Part shown: piece after piece, positions 37,801 through 47,200 of the stretch
Position numbering within the stretch: the first letter of the stretch is position 1
Layout of the letters: the number at the start of each line of letters is the position of its first letter
From: Schmidtea nova
Lineage: Eukaryota
Assembly (NCBI GenBank): GCA_044892505.1
Contig: CM097882.1
Span: 295,244,001 to 295,308,000 of the forward strand
Length of the DNA: 64,000 bases
Direction of reading: 5' to 3'
Notes under the pieces: generated by a model
Told to the model about the DNA's origin: nothing
Databases searched by the model: none
The model's input: only the letters and a program-made list of their open reading frames with translations
Position numbers and translations under genes: made by a program

Positions 37801-40800
37801 AATGTTGGGAACCAAAAGAAGGGGAATATGAAGAAGAATATAAAAGAGGAATTGAAGATGACTGCGAACCAGAGATGGGAAGGGTTTGCATGGTGACAAG
37901 GAAAGCTACGCCAATAGACCTAGATGGACCAGAAACCGCGGCTATGTGGCTAGAAAGGGAAAAGCAAAAAACGGAAGAATTTGTCGAAATATTAAAAACT
38001 AATGCGCACGGTAAGAGAAAATTAATAAAGGGTCTCGCAGATTTTTTCGTGGTAAATGGGGAAGATATAACATGCTTGCGTAAAGTAGCAAAAGCAATCG
38101 CGGAATATAAAAGAGTTAACGAGTGGTGTCCGGAACAACTAGACCACGTAATTAGGAAATGGAGAAATCAAGAATTCTCGCAGGAAATTCCACAGAAAGT
38201 ACATTTAAGAATAATATACCCAAACAAGGATAAGGAAGAGTTGTGGGTAGGAATAGCAGAAAAAATTCGAGATATTAAAAAGAAATTGAGATACGAACCA
38301 CCATTCCATTTACAACACCAAGGACGATCATTAGATAACAGTTTGGAAATCGGAATAACACCAGCACAATTAGACCTCATGAATACCTTGACAGTAGAAG
38401 CAATAGCGGGTCAACCATTGAAACGTAAAGAAGAAAACCATAAACCACACGGAAGTATAAGTACGCCGAGCCCGATGAAATCAGCACTAACACCAGGGAC
38501 AAGTTCGAGACGATCTGAGACAACACCCAGAGGAAATAGAGAAAGGACTCCACCACAACCATATGACGTGGACGAAATATTTACAGACAGCGACGATATG
38601 ATAGAAGAATTAACCGAATTAACAAAGGAAAAAGACGACAATATTTTCGAAAGAATACAAGAATTACCTACGACAATACAAGTAACCAACACCGGAGAAA
38701 CAGAAGTCGAACAGGAAATAATAGTAGAAGAAGTCAACGATTTAACAGAAGATGAAACCAGAGGAGCGTATGCCGAAAATGTACAATTAACCCAGGAAAT
38801 GGAAAGATGGTTAGAAGAAAGAGCTAACGAACCAAGAGATGTCACGGAAGAAACAGGACGGGCAACAAGGTTTGTGGAAACAGGTACAGGAATGGATAAA
38901 CGACCTAGAGGTAGACCCAAGACAGACCCAGCAACAGTAGTTATCAGAAATAAGGATGAAAAGAGACAAGATCAATGGGAATTATGTTTAAAGAAATTAA
39001 ACAAAATCGCAGAGATGAAAGAAAAAGAGACAACACCAATATGTCAAGGGGAGGAATGGATATCGAAAACAATAATGGAACTATTGGCAATAATTGATCC
39101 GGAATTAAGAAAATACTGGCGTATAACGGAGATAAGCGAAAAGGCGAAGTCACTACACAACGCAATCGCACCCATCTTACCGGAATTCATAAAAGAGAAG
39201 ACGAAATCAAATCACTTAGACTGGCAAGGAACCACTATGTTAATAAAGAAACTGACAGAAGGAGCGGAAACAGATAACAAATACGTAATAGCTATTGCAT
39301 ACACGATCTACAATCTGTTGACACTGAGTAGAGGTCGACCAAAACCCACTGCATTAGAGAGACATATAAAAAATACCGCAAAAATTATAGCGAGAGAAAT
39401 AGAACCATACGTCATTAACAAAGGAGGATGGGAAACATTTATAAAAACTAACCAGAAGAAAACACAAGCCAAGAATATGAAAAAGAAATTCGAAAAAATA
39501 TTGGAAGAGTTAGGAAAAGAACAAGCAGGAACAGGAAACGCAAAGTCATCAATGAATCTGAGTGCTATAATAATGATGATGTTGATTTGGATGATTAGCA
39601 CCGATAGCGCAACAGCATTCGAAGTGTTTGATTGCGACCAAATGAAGTTAGGAGAAAAGTATTCATTGAGAGGTACGGAGCAATGCAAAGATGCGACTCC
39701 AGTAGAGTTGCAAAAGATTAAAAAGGAACAATGGTACCACGTGTATCAAGAAGCAGAACTCATAAAGACAATGGTGAATGAATGTAAAGTGCAGAAGACG
39801 AGATTCGCATTCTACTGCGGGAGAGGACATTATTCAGCAATTGTCATGCCAGGAACGGAAAGAGAACCAATCGTGTTACAAGGAGAAGACTGCGAAGCAC
39901 TGTTTAAACATGGAGAAGTAACAACAAGAGATAAAATCAAGATAAGAGGAAAGCCAGGAATGATGATGCAACAAACCTACTATGTAGCAGGACGGATTAC
40001 GGGAGGAGAAGGATATTGTCAAGGAGAAACCTACCCGATATTCGGAGTACCCGCAACCAACCTAGTAGTAATGGATACGTATATAGTCGAATTAAAAAGC
40101 TATGAAGCATTCTTCGAACCAACAACGGGAGAAATGAAAACGTTATCCATGTGTAAAATCGACAGGAGCATGTGTCAAACGGGAATGTCAACATTAGTAT
40201 ACAAACCAAAGGTGAATGAATGTCAACTACAACTGCTACAAGGAGCAAAGTTCGACGAAATTCAAGGAAAAACGTTTCAGGAAGAAGACGATGACGACAA
40301 AGCTAGAGCAAAGCATCTCAAGGAAGCTTTGGAGAATAAAAGACAATTGAAACCGGATCATAGAGAAAAACGGATAGAGATGAGAGCCACACCAACAGTA
40401 TTGATAACCACAAATCAGGATGTGGGAATGAGGTTCATAAAAGGAAAAGCAACCCTCAAGTGTAGTACAACGGTATACGAAACAAATTACCCAGGAATAT
40501 ATGTGTCAAAACAAGAAGTGCCAAACGCGAAACCCAAAATCGACACAATGGATATCAAACTACACCTATATGTGAATAATAAAATGGATTTCCTATTCCA
40601 TAGAGGACAAGCCTCATTACAAAAAGTGTATTACGATCTGATCAATAATGATTGTATACTAAATCGAGAAATACTGAAGACAAAATTGGCCGTAGCAATT
40701 ACGAATCCCGATAGCGCGATGCCATTATTACCACTGAGAGAAGGACATTTCGGAAGAGTGGTTGGAGAAGCAATGTATGTATACATCTGCGAAAAGACAC

Positions 40801-43800
40801 ACGCATCGCTAGCAGCAACAACACAGTTGAAACCTGGAACCTGTACAAATGAGTTAGAAATCGATTACAAAGGAAAAGTACGATACGTTCAACCAGTGAC
40901 GAGAATCATCAATCCACCAGGGTTTGAACCAAATCCATTCAACTGTAGTAATGCGTATGGACCGCTTTATCAGAAACCAGATGGTAAATGGGTTATGTTC
41001 CCAGGAAGATCCGAAGTGATAGCACCAAGAGAATTCGAGCTAATGCAGTTGTCAAAGGATAGGCAATTCAGCGACGTGGATGTCTCAAACAACGGAATAT
41101 ATAGTCCAAAGGATTTAGAAGCAGCAAGGCAGAATATATTATTTCCAGCGAGAAGAGAAGCATTACTGTCAAATATCGTAACGATAACGGGAGGAACGAA
41201 TTATCGAGAAGGACCGAATTATGAACTGTTGTTGTCACCAGCACATTTCAAGAAAGCCACAGAAAATATGATGAAAGCAATGTGGGGAAGATTTTTGATA
41301 TTCGGACAAATGATGGCTGGAATACTGGGGGTTATATTAATCATCCAAATCGTCAGAGTAATAATAACACAAATGTTAGCATGTTTTGACATCTACAAGA
41401 GAGAAAAGAAAGTGAATTGGAAAATGGTAGTAGGATTTTTACCATTCCTTGCGAAAACGATGGTGTTACACGGTCACTCAAAAGATATCCACCGAATAAA
41501 AAGACTCCTGAAGATATTAGCAAAAATGAAGGGAACAGATGAAGAAGTAGGACGCAAATTTAAAAAGATAATGAACGACGAACAAGCAAGACAACAGCTC
41601 AAGAGAGAAAGAAAAGGTTTATGGGAGAGGATGAAAGGATATAAAACCCAAAATGATTCGAGTGACGACGATGATGACGATGACGACTATAAGGGAGGAC
41701 AAGTGTATAAGAACCAAGCACCACAATACATCGAAAAGAATCCAGCCGACGCATGGAAATGTTACGCGCCTCCACCAACAATGTATCAAGAACCACTACA
41801 AGGAGGAAAAAATAGCACGATGCAAATGATGCCAATGACAAATGTATACCCCATGATACCAGAAGATTATAAAATGAGAAGATGTAGAAGCGTAGATCCA
41901 CAAGGAGATACACACACGATCGCAGTAATGTCATCAAACACAGGTTCAGTGTTAACCACGACAATAGAGATTAACGGAAGAGAAATCGAAGCAATGATCG
42001 ACACGGGAGCAAACATTTCCGCCATCGACATCAAATGGATACCACAAGAGCAAAGACGGGAAATAGAAAGGACAAACGTCCATGTAATTGCATGTAGCAA
42101 AGAAGTTGTAGAAGTAGCAGGAAGATGGTGGGTAAAAATACGCCACTTAAACACGGAAATCGATACATACGTAGCAGTTATACCAGCGTTAAGCGTACCT
42201 TGCATCATCGGAACAGATTTGATGCCAGCATTATTTAAAGAAATTGTAATCGATCTCGGAACAATGAGACTAAAAGATCGCACAGGACAAATATGCGCAA
42301 TAGAAGCTAAAGTGACAAGTTCAAAGCAAATGATAATACCCGCAAGAAAGGAGAAAATATGTTACGTAAAAATAGATCCGACAATCCAAGGGGATATGAT
42401 TTTCGAACCAAGTAAGAGATTCGAGAAAAGAAAAGCGTTGCCAATGGCAAGAGGACTAGTCAACATAAATGACGATGGAGAAATCCCAATAAACGTAGTA
42501 AACTTCGATGAAGAGGACAAAATAATATACGAAAACGAAAGATTAGGTAAATTAACCCCAATGATGGATATCGAACTGCCCATAGAAGGAGCAGAGAAAG
42601 ATAAAGAACCAACCTGGAATATAGATAGTGAATTATTAAATGAGGATCAAAGGAAGCAGTTAGAAAAACTCCTGATAGAGTATAAGGATATATTTGCAGC
42701 ATCCGATTTGGATCTAGGAACATGTGATGTCACACTACATACAATACCATTAACAGATGAAACACCAATTGCATTAAGGCCGTACAAATTAGCGGAAGCA
42801 CAGAAGGCAGTAGCAGAAGCAGAAGTGAAGAAAATGTTGGATGCAGAAGTAATCGAACCAAGTTGTTCACCCTGGCAATTTCCAGTGGTAATGGTGAAGA
42901 AGAAAGACGGAACACAGAGATTCTGTATAGATTACCGAAGATTGAATACAGTGACAAAACGAGATACTTACCCATTACCAGACATCAACGAGATGCTACT
43001 AACATTACAAGGAGCAGCATATTTTACGTCGTTAGATCTGAAAAGCGGATATTGGCAAATAAAAATGAAGGAAGAAGATAAAGAGAAAACTGCCTTTACC
43101 ATCGGTAGAGACCTATATCAATTTCGAAAGATGCCATTTGGATTAACGAACGCACCAGCATCATTTCAGAGATGCATGAATTTCGTCACCCATGGAATAA
43201 AGCAGTGCATGGTCTACATCGACGATTTATTAATTTATTCTAGTACATTCGAACAACACATACAAGACATTCGAGATGTATTCGTTAGACTTAGACAATG
43301 GAAGTTAAAACTCAAGCCATCCAAGTGTGACTGGGCAAAAGAAAAGGTTACATTTTTAGGACATATAGTGTCAGCAAAAGGAAAAGAACCGGATCCTAGA
43401 AACATCGACAAGGTAAAAGAATGTCCAGTACCAAAAACAATAACCCAAATACAAGAATTTCTCGGATTATGTGGATATTATAGGAAGTTTATAAAAGATT
43501 ACGCCGGAATCGCAAAGCCTATACAGGAACTGGTAAAGAAAGATGTATCATTCATATGGGGAGATGGACAACAAACAGCCTTTGAAACGTTGAGAGATAA
43601 ATTGATAACCGCACCCATATTGGTACACCCAGACTTTAAGAAGCCATTCCTACTTGCAACAGATGCAAGCGGATATGCAGCAGGAGCAGTATTAGGACAA
43701 TACGATGACGAAGGAAAAGAACGTGTAATCGGATATTATAGCCGGACATTCAAAAAGCATGAGAAAAATTATTCAGTGACAGAACGGGAAGCATTAGCGA

Positions 43801-44189
43801 TTATACTAGCAATAAAACATTTTAAATATTTATTATTGGGTCACATCATCTGCATAACAACAGATCACCAACCGCTTGTATGGTTAGGACAGCACAAGGA
43901 AACATCTAGTAGACTAATGCGATGGGCAATGCAGTTACAGGAGTACTCACCGGACATAAAATTTAAATCAGGACGAGCAAATGCGAATGCAGACTGTATG
44001 TCAAGACTGACATTTCCGGAATTAACCGATCCTGATGTACAACGAATTTGTGTATTAATAGCAGAAGATTTAGATTTTAGCGAGCTTAAGAAAGATCAAC
44101 AAGAAGACAAAGAATTAGGACAAATCATAGAGTTCCTAACATCTCGAAACATGGAGGTATTCAAAGAGAATAAGGAATTAAATAAATAA
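34869..44189 (+). CDS. Polyprotein: capsid C-half, 3 zinc knuckles, Ubl x4, Bcl-2-like, Env-like glycoprotein, protease, RT, RNase H
   Basis: 3,106-aa open frame; domain motifs are listed as separate features. Confidence 0.95.
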   Translation: MLSEAFIEFSMRKQKMNESNAVYASELKKLAKSVFKDGGPINEELMAAIFIGGLRRPDIRAQVGCQGCKTIDQALETANRFELHMIGSEGRIYLAMDTAQTEPEVNLNNHIPNSQQLNRPPPQRRNEGNKVQNFESQNNYNPQRQTKQCKTCGKLGHWQQECYQNLNCGKCGVKGHSESRCSTIICFNCGRPGHYSRNCGQKSNQRGNWQSNGNRPNYGNQANTVNRPDYGNQQVNNNNNQNKTTPKEIHLMQEVQRLTELINNTTRGNPQTNQQQISMMRKIESENERLNRESQARHAQEWARIQREDEQKQQERERQPLRINMLRATNQTDTREKETTLEMNSIDPNPADNESRKEIVQKDEEVEKEAEKGEETEINQEERRKIWKKGMMVIMPNDHMFRFQYNAKEKVEILFNKVNQMIPGVTKLPREAFLQIGDAPSVKLKLTDTWENVGVTETKRNVMRIKEIEPEEIPPPIRHETRIRRIFEGKMIRRRLKEIDELGKKMGKVEVIEDKSEPTPEIDKNEQEPTENIQGETNQTAHINMLRNTTREFSDEEEDSDISSLAGDILNESEDENKEREVIKTSEPTQIKVDEIQKLLDNSLEVIYNEEFMDKKQYRKFMKALLQMNYKEWLQDREVDMLNRYVGKLIEEPLLNYTISIIINTSTPRIWIKTPFTDDIYRWVEDRLGSSYKNKFIYSQNRLVKKKTHLVETGIWPGEITLLSICDEKEEENLQEVAREANACFERRIKPRLEYEKERVLRKNLNSLIEQIIPQVKKHRKELMRSEYEKLKRCIECIRDTSHTRWSQISHDKLIAKMGKTMFRQGKITDLKISVELPNEDTKEIEVVADCTIRELINVINETLVQREPEDEWEDDIIIQYNEHVLWDHDERRLYKIGIWDNHQTIHVSRMGDTPRETAKDEKRERERRKEVVRKLQQIVEIYRNWRIGPEWENVLEELNLNRRIRTPVEKQWNEKGKCWEPKEGEYEEEYKRGIEDDCEPEMGRVCMVTRKATPIDLDGPETAAMWLEREKQKTEEFVEILKTNAHGKRKLIKGLADFFVVNGEDITCLRKVAKAIAEYKRVNEWCPEQLDHVIRKWRNQEFSQEIPQKVHLRIIYPNKDKEELWVGIAEKIRDIKKKLRYEPPFHLQHQGRSLDNSLEIGITPAQLDLMNTLTVEAIAGQPLKRKEENHKPHGSISTPSPMKSALTPGTSSRRSETTPRGNRERTPPQPYDVDEIFTDSDDMIEELTELTKEKDDNIFERIQELPTTIQVTNTGETEVEQEIIVEEVNDLTEDETRGAYAENVQLTQEMERWLEERANEPRDVTEETGRATRFVETGTGMDKRPRGRPKTDPATVVIRNKDEKRQDQWELCLKKLNKIAEMKEKETTPICQGEEWISKTIMELLAIIDPELRKYWRITEISEKAKSLHNAIAPILPEFIKEKTKSNHLDWQGTTMLIKKLTEGAETDNKYVIAIAYTIYNLLTLSRGRPKPTALERHIKNTAKIIAREIEPYVINKGGWETFIKTNQKKTQAKNMKKKFEKILEELGKEQAGTGNAKSSMNLSAIIMMMLIWMISTDSATAFEVFDCDQMKLGEKYSLRGTEQCKDATPVELQKIKKEQWYHVYQEAELIKTMVNECKVQKTRFAFYCGRGHYSAIVMPGTEREPIVLQGEDCEALFKHGEVTTRDKIKIRGKPGMMMQQTYYVAGRITGGEGYCQGETYPIFGVPATNLVVMDTYIVELKSYEAFFEPTTGEMKTLSMCKIDRSMCQTGMSTLVYKPKVNECQLQLLQGAKFDEIQGKTFQEEDDDDKARAKHLKEALENKRQLKPDHREKRIEMRATPTVLITTNQDVGMRFIKGKATLKCSTTVYETNYPGIYVSKQEVPNAKPKIDTMDIKLHLYVNNKMDFLFHRGQASLQKVYYDLINNDCILNREILKTKLAVAITNPDSAMPLLPLREGHFGRVVGEAMYVYICEKTHASLAATTQLKPGTCTNELEIDYKGKVRYVQPVTRIINPPGFEPNPFNCSNAYGPLYQKPDGKWVMFPGRSEVIAPREFELMQLSKDRQFSDVDVSNNGIYSPKDLEAARQNILFPARREALLSNIVTITGGTNYREGPNYELLLSPAHFKKATENMMKAMWGRFLIFGQMMAGILGVILIIQIVRVIITQMLACFDIYKREKKVNWKMVVGFLPFLAKTMVLHGHSKDIHRIKRLLKILAKMKGTDEEVGRKFKKIMNDEQARQQLKRERKGLWERMKGYKTQNDSSDDDDDDDDYKGGQVYKNQAPQYIEKNPADAWKCYAPPPTMYQEPLQGGKNSTMQMMPMTNVYPMIPEDYKMRRCRSVDPQGDTHTIAVMSSNTGSVLTTTIEINGREIEAMIDTGANISAIDIKWIPQEQRREIERTNVHVIACSKEVVEVAGRWWVKIRHLNTEIDTYVAVIPALSVPCIIGTDLMPALFKEIVIDLGTMRLKDRTGQICAIEAKVTSSKQMIIPARKEKICYVKIDPTIQGDMIFEPSKRFEKRKALPMARGLVNINDDGEIPINVVNFDEEDKIIYENERLGKLTPMMDIELPIEGAEKDKEPTWNIDSELLNEDQRKQLEKLLIEYKDIFAASDLDLGTCDVTLHTIPLTDETPIALRPYKLAEAQKAVAEAEVKKMLDAEVIEPSCSPWQFPVVMVKKKDGTQRFCIDYRRLNTVTKRDTYPLPDINEMLLTLQGAAYFTSLDLKSGYWQIKMKEEDKEKTAFTIGRDLYQFRKMPFGLTNAPASFQRCMNFVTHGIKQCMVYIDDLLIYSSTFEQHIQDIRDVFVRLRQWKLKLKPSKCDWAKEKVTFLGHIVSAKGKEPDPRNIDKVKECPVPKTITQIQEFLGLCGYYRKFIKDYAGIAKPIQELVKKDVSFIWGDGQQTAFETLRDKLITAPILVHPDFKKPFLLATDASGYAAGAVLGQYDDEGKERVIGYYSRTFKKHEKNYSVTEREALAIILAIKHFKYLLLGHIICITTDHQPLVWLGQHKETSSRLMRWAMQLQEYSPDIKFKSGRANANADCMSRLTFPELTDPDVQRICVLIAEDLDFSELKKDQQEDKELGQIIEFLTSRNMEVFKENKELNK
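35313..35465 (+). other. Nucleocapsid: three CX2CX4HX4C zinc knuckles
   Basis: CKTCGKLGHWQQEC, CGKCGVKGHSESRC, CFNCGRPGHYSRNC. Confidence 0.97.
36036..38399 (+). other. Region with four divergent ubiquitin-like (beta-grasp) domains (~36036-36266, 36837-37046, 37359-37595, 38199-38399)
   Basis: By-eye alignment to ubiquitin, best for LKISVELPNEDTKEIEVVADCTIRELINVI..IIIQYNEHVLWD..RRLYKIGIWDNHQTIHV. Confidence 0.6.
39057..39446 (+). other. Bcl-2-like domain
   Basis: BH2-like EPYVINKGGWETF and BH1-like KLTEGAETDNKYVIAIAY in an all-helical ~130-aa segment. Confidence 0.75.
39552..41468 (+). other. Env-like glycoprotein: signal peptide, Cys-rich ectodomain and TM; chuvirus-G / gB-like class III fusogen type
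   Basis: MNLSAIIMMMLIWMISTDSATA|FEVFDC..YSL..EQC..VYQ..CKV..FYCG; YVNNKMDF..LQKVYYDL..DCIL.R..L...LA..NP..A..L..GHFGRVVGEAMYVYIC; CTNEL..Y.G..RYVQPVTRII..C; TM FLIFGQMMAGILGVILIIQIV (41292-41387). Confidence 0.85.
41964..42270 (+). other. Aspartic protease (retropepsin)
   Basis: IEINGREIEAMIDTGANISAI (DTG at 42000) and CIIGTDLM. Confidence 0.95.
42720..44010 (+). other. pol: Reverse transcriptase plus RNase H (Ty3/Gypsy type)
   Basis: SPWQFPVVMVKKKDGTQRFCIDYRRLN, LDLKSGYWQI, MPFGLTNAPASFQR, YIDD (43215); TDASGYAAGAVL, YSVTEREALA, TDHQPL, NANADCMSR. Confidence 0.98.
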
Positions 44190-44215
44190 TTAAATAAGGA
44201 ATAAATAAAGGATGG

Positions 44216-47200
44216 TTGTTAATACAAGACGGAGAAAAGAGATTGATGTGTTTACCGGAAAACAGAAGGAAAGAGATAATGATCCAGTACCATGATGGGA
44301 AATTAGGAGGCCATATGTCCGAGAAGAAGACAATAAATCGTATGAGACAAAAATATTATTGGCGAACAATGGAAGAAGATATAAAAGAATGGATTAAAAA
44401 TTGTCTAACTTGCGCAACCAGAAAGGATAGTGGGAAGAAATGGAAGAACCCGCTACAACCAATGCCGATACCAGCAGAACCAATGACAACTATAGCAATG
44501 GACGTAATAGGACCATTACCGGAAAGTCTAAACGGAAATATTTGTATATTAGTGATAACAGATTATCTGACAAAATTCCCGGAAGCATTTGCCATGCAAG
44601 ACCAAAAAGCAAAAACTGTAGCAAAAATTTTAGTGGAAGAAATATGTTGCAGATACGGAACCCCAAAACAAATACTCACAGACCAAGGAACTAATTTTAT
44701 GAGCGAGCTATTGAACGAGGTAACAAACTATTTCAGAATAGCAAAATTGAGAACTTCACCATATCACCCGCAAACGAATGGACAAACGGAGCGATTCAAT
44801 GGTACATTGATTAGAATGTTATCAAATTACGTCAGCAGACATCAAACTGATTGGGACGAATACATAAAATTATGTTTAATGGCATACCGAATGTCGATAC
44901 ATGCAGCAACAAAACTAAGCCCATTTCAACTTATGTATGGAAGAGAATGCAACATGCCCATAGATTTAGAGTATCAGCCACCATTATCGCAATATATGGA
45001 AGACGACGACTACATAACCAAATTCAAAGAAAGAATGCAGGAAATATGGAAAACGGCAGAACTCAACATTAAATTTTATCAGGAAAGTTATAAGGACTTA
45101 CACGATCAGAAGAAAAATGTTAAAGCGAACGATCTAAAACCAGGAGATTGGGTGATAATAGAAACTCCCGAAATAATACCAGGAACAGTTAAGAAACTCC
45201 AAAGACCTGGAAGAGGACCTTATGAAATTATATACAAAAAGGACAATAATGTCAAAGTTAAGCTAATAAATCGACCCTTAATACGACCCATATATGTAAA
45301 CACCTGCAGATGTAAAAAGGTGCCTAAAACGATAACTACAACACCAGAAAATCGAATAATAACTAGATCACAAACAGCCAGGATAAATATGCTCAGAGCT
45401 AATGTAACTGAAGACGACAAAGCAGAAATAAGGCAAAAAGAAATCAGAAACAAAGAGATCATATTGAAGGCGAGAGAAATAATGGGAAGATGGCATGTTA
45501 GAGACGAAGCAGGCATATCAAGGGATATTAGACATATGATTAGCCGTTACGCACAAGGATTACCAACCGAACCAATTATTTCTGAATTATTGGAAAAAAT
45601 CCCTGAAATACTCTTATTGAAAGATGTAGGAGGACAACCAGCCTTACATAATGCGATAGAGTGTAAAAACATTGAAAGAGCAAAAGAATTCCTAAAAATC
45701 GCAAAAGAAACAAACCAAAACTTGGACGTAGGGAATCGGGAACAAGAAACTCCATTAATGACAGCCGCAATCCACCAAGCAGATAAAGAAATGATAGACC
45801 TATTGATAAAAGCCCATTTCAGTTGGACAGAACGAGATAGAGAGGACAAAACAGTGCTAAATCACGTAATATGGAGTTCTCACCAACCAATGCTGAAATA
45901 CATAATAGCTAACTCCACTTGGGAGATAGACGAACTAGTTAAAGGAGACATTATCAAAGAGGCAATCAAAATTGGTAAATGCAACACGATCCGTAAGTTA
46001 GTCAAATGGAAACGACCAGAAGATGATACATGGGTCTTAGACATAAACGAAGTATACAGCGAAGGACAAAACGCGTTGTTAAGATATCTTCTGAAATTTA
46101 CTTGTGATCAGAAGACATTACTAACCTTATTAGACAGAGGAAACATAAACATCACAAAGAATGAAGAAGAATACAAATTCGATAAAGAGAAGGAAGCCTT
46201 ATTCAACAAGATTAGGAAATGGTGTGCGAAACCACTTGACAAACTAATAACATACAAAGACATAAACAATTTTAACGAGAAATACCAGACAATAGTAAGT
46301 GAGTACGAGGAATTAGTAAAAATCTTAAACCATCCCGAAAAATGCAAACAGGTTTTGGAGAAAAAAGAAAGAGAAAGTAACAAGAAACTCACACCACTCT
46401 TTAAAGCAGAAGCACCATACCAAGCTAGACTAGATGCGATACAAGAAAAAGCAAAAGAATTGTTACCAGAATTCGAGAATAGTAAACATGCACTGGAAAT
46501 ACTCGGTGCATTAGTTGAAAAAGTACACGCATACGCAAAAGGAACTTACAACGGAAACGACATAGTAATAATAAAAAAGGAGATGCCAGTAACATTTTTA
46601 CTACCAAAGGACGGAATAATGCCCATACATAGAGCTCTACGAAATGGCAAAGATAGAAAAGTAATGGAAATTGCAAGAGTAATGCAAAATTGCGGAAGCA
46701 ATATGAATATGATAGACGAGAAAGGAGATACACTTATGGTATTTGCAGCAAGGGCCAAAACGAAAACAAAGGTATTAGAGGAACTATACAAAGCAGGTGC
46801 AGGACTTACAGGAAAGACAGATAAAGATAATTCGATATTGGATGTAGCATTATTAACACACAATTGGGAAATGGTCAATTTCATTAAAACCGTCCCAAAT
46901 CAGGAAGAAATAGATCACCTAACTGATACGGTCAAGAAACCCAGTGTACTAGCAATGATGAACAACGTCGAACTAACAGAATCAATACTTACGTGGATAA
47001 ATCCTAATACTAACGAACCAGCATTCAGGATTAATAAATTTACAGAACATAACCAAAACTGGTGTATAAGAAGTGCCTTAATAACGTATAAATGGCCAGA
47101 GATATTGAAGATGTTTATGGAAAGAAAGGATCTAAGAATCACAAACAGCCCGAAAGAAGAAAAATACACAGGCAAATGGAAAGAATTGATGAAGACATAC

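Noticed and set aside
36620-38190. Helical segments that might be CARD/DED death folds (e.g. KQYRKFMKALLQMNY, EEFVEILKTNAHG)
   Set aside because: The similarity is too weak to call by eye; it needs HHpred or AlphaFold.
42300-42560. PR-RT spacer with a dUTPase-like beta-rich look
   Set aside because: No recognisable dUTPase catalytic motifs; similar spacers are common in animal gypsy elements.
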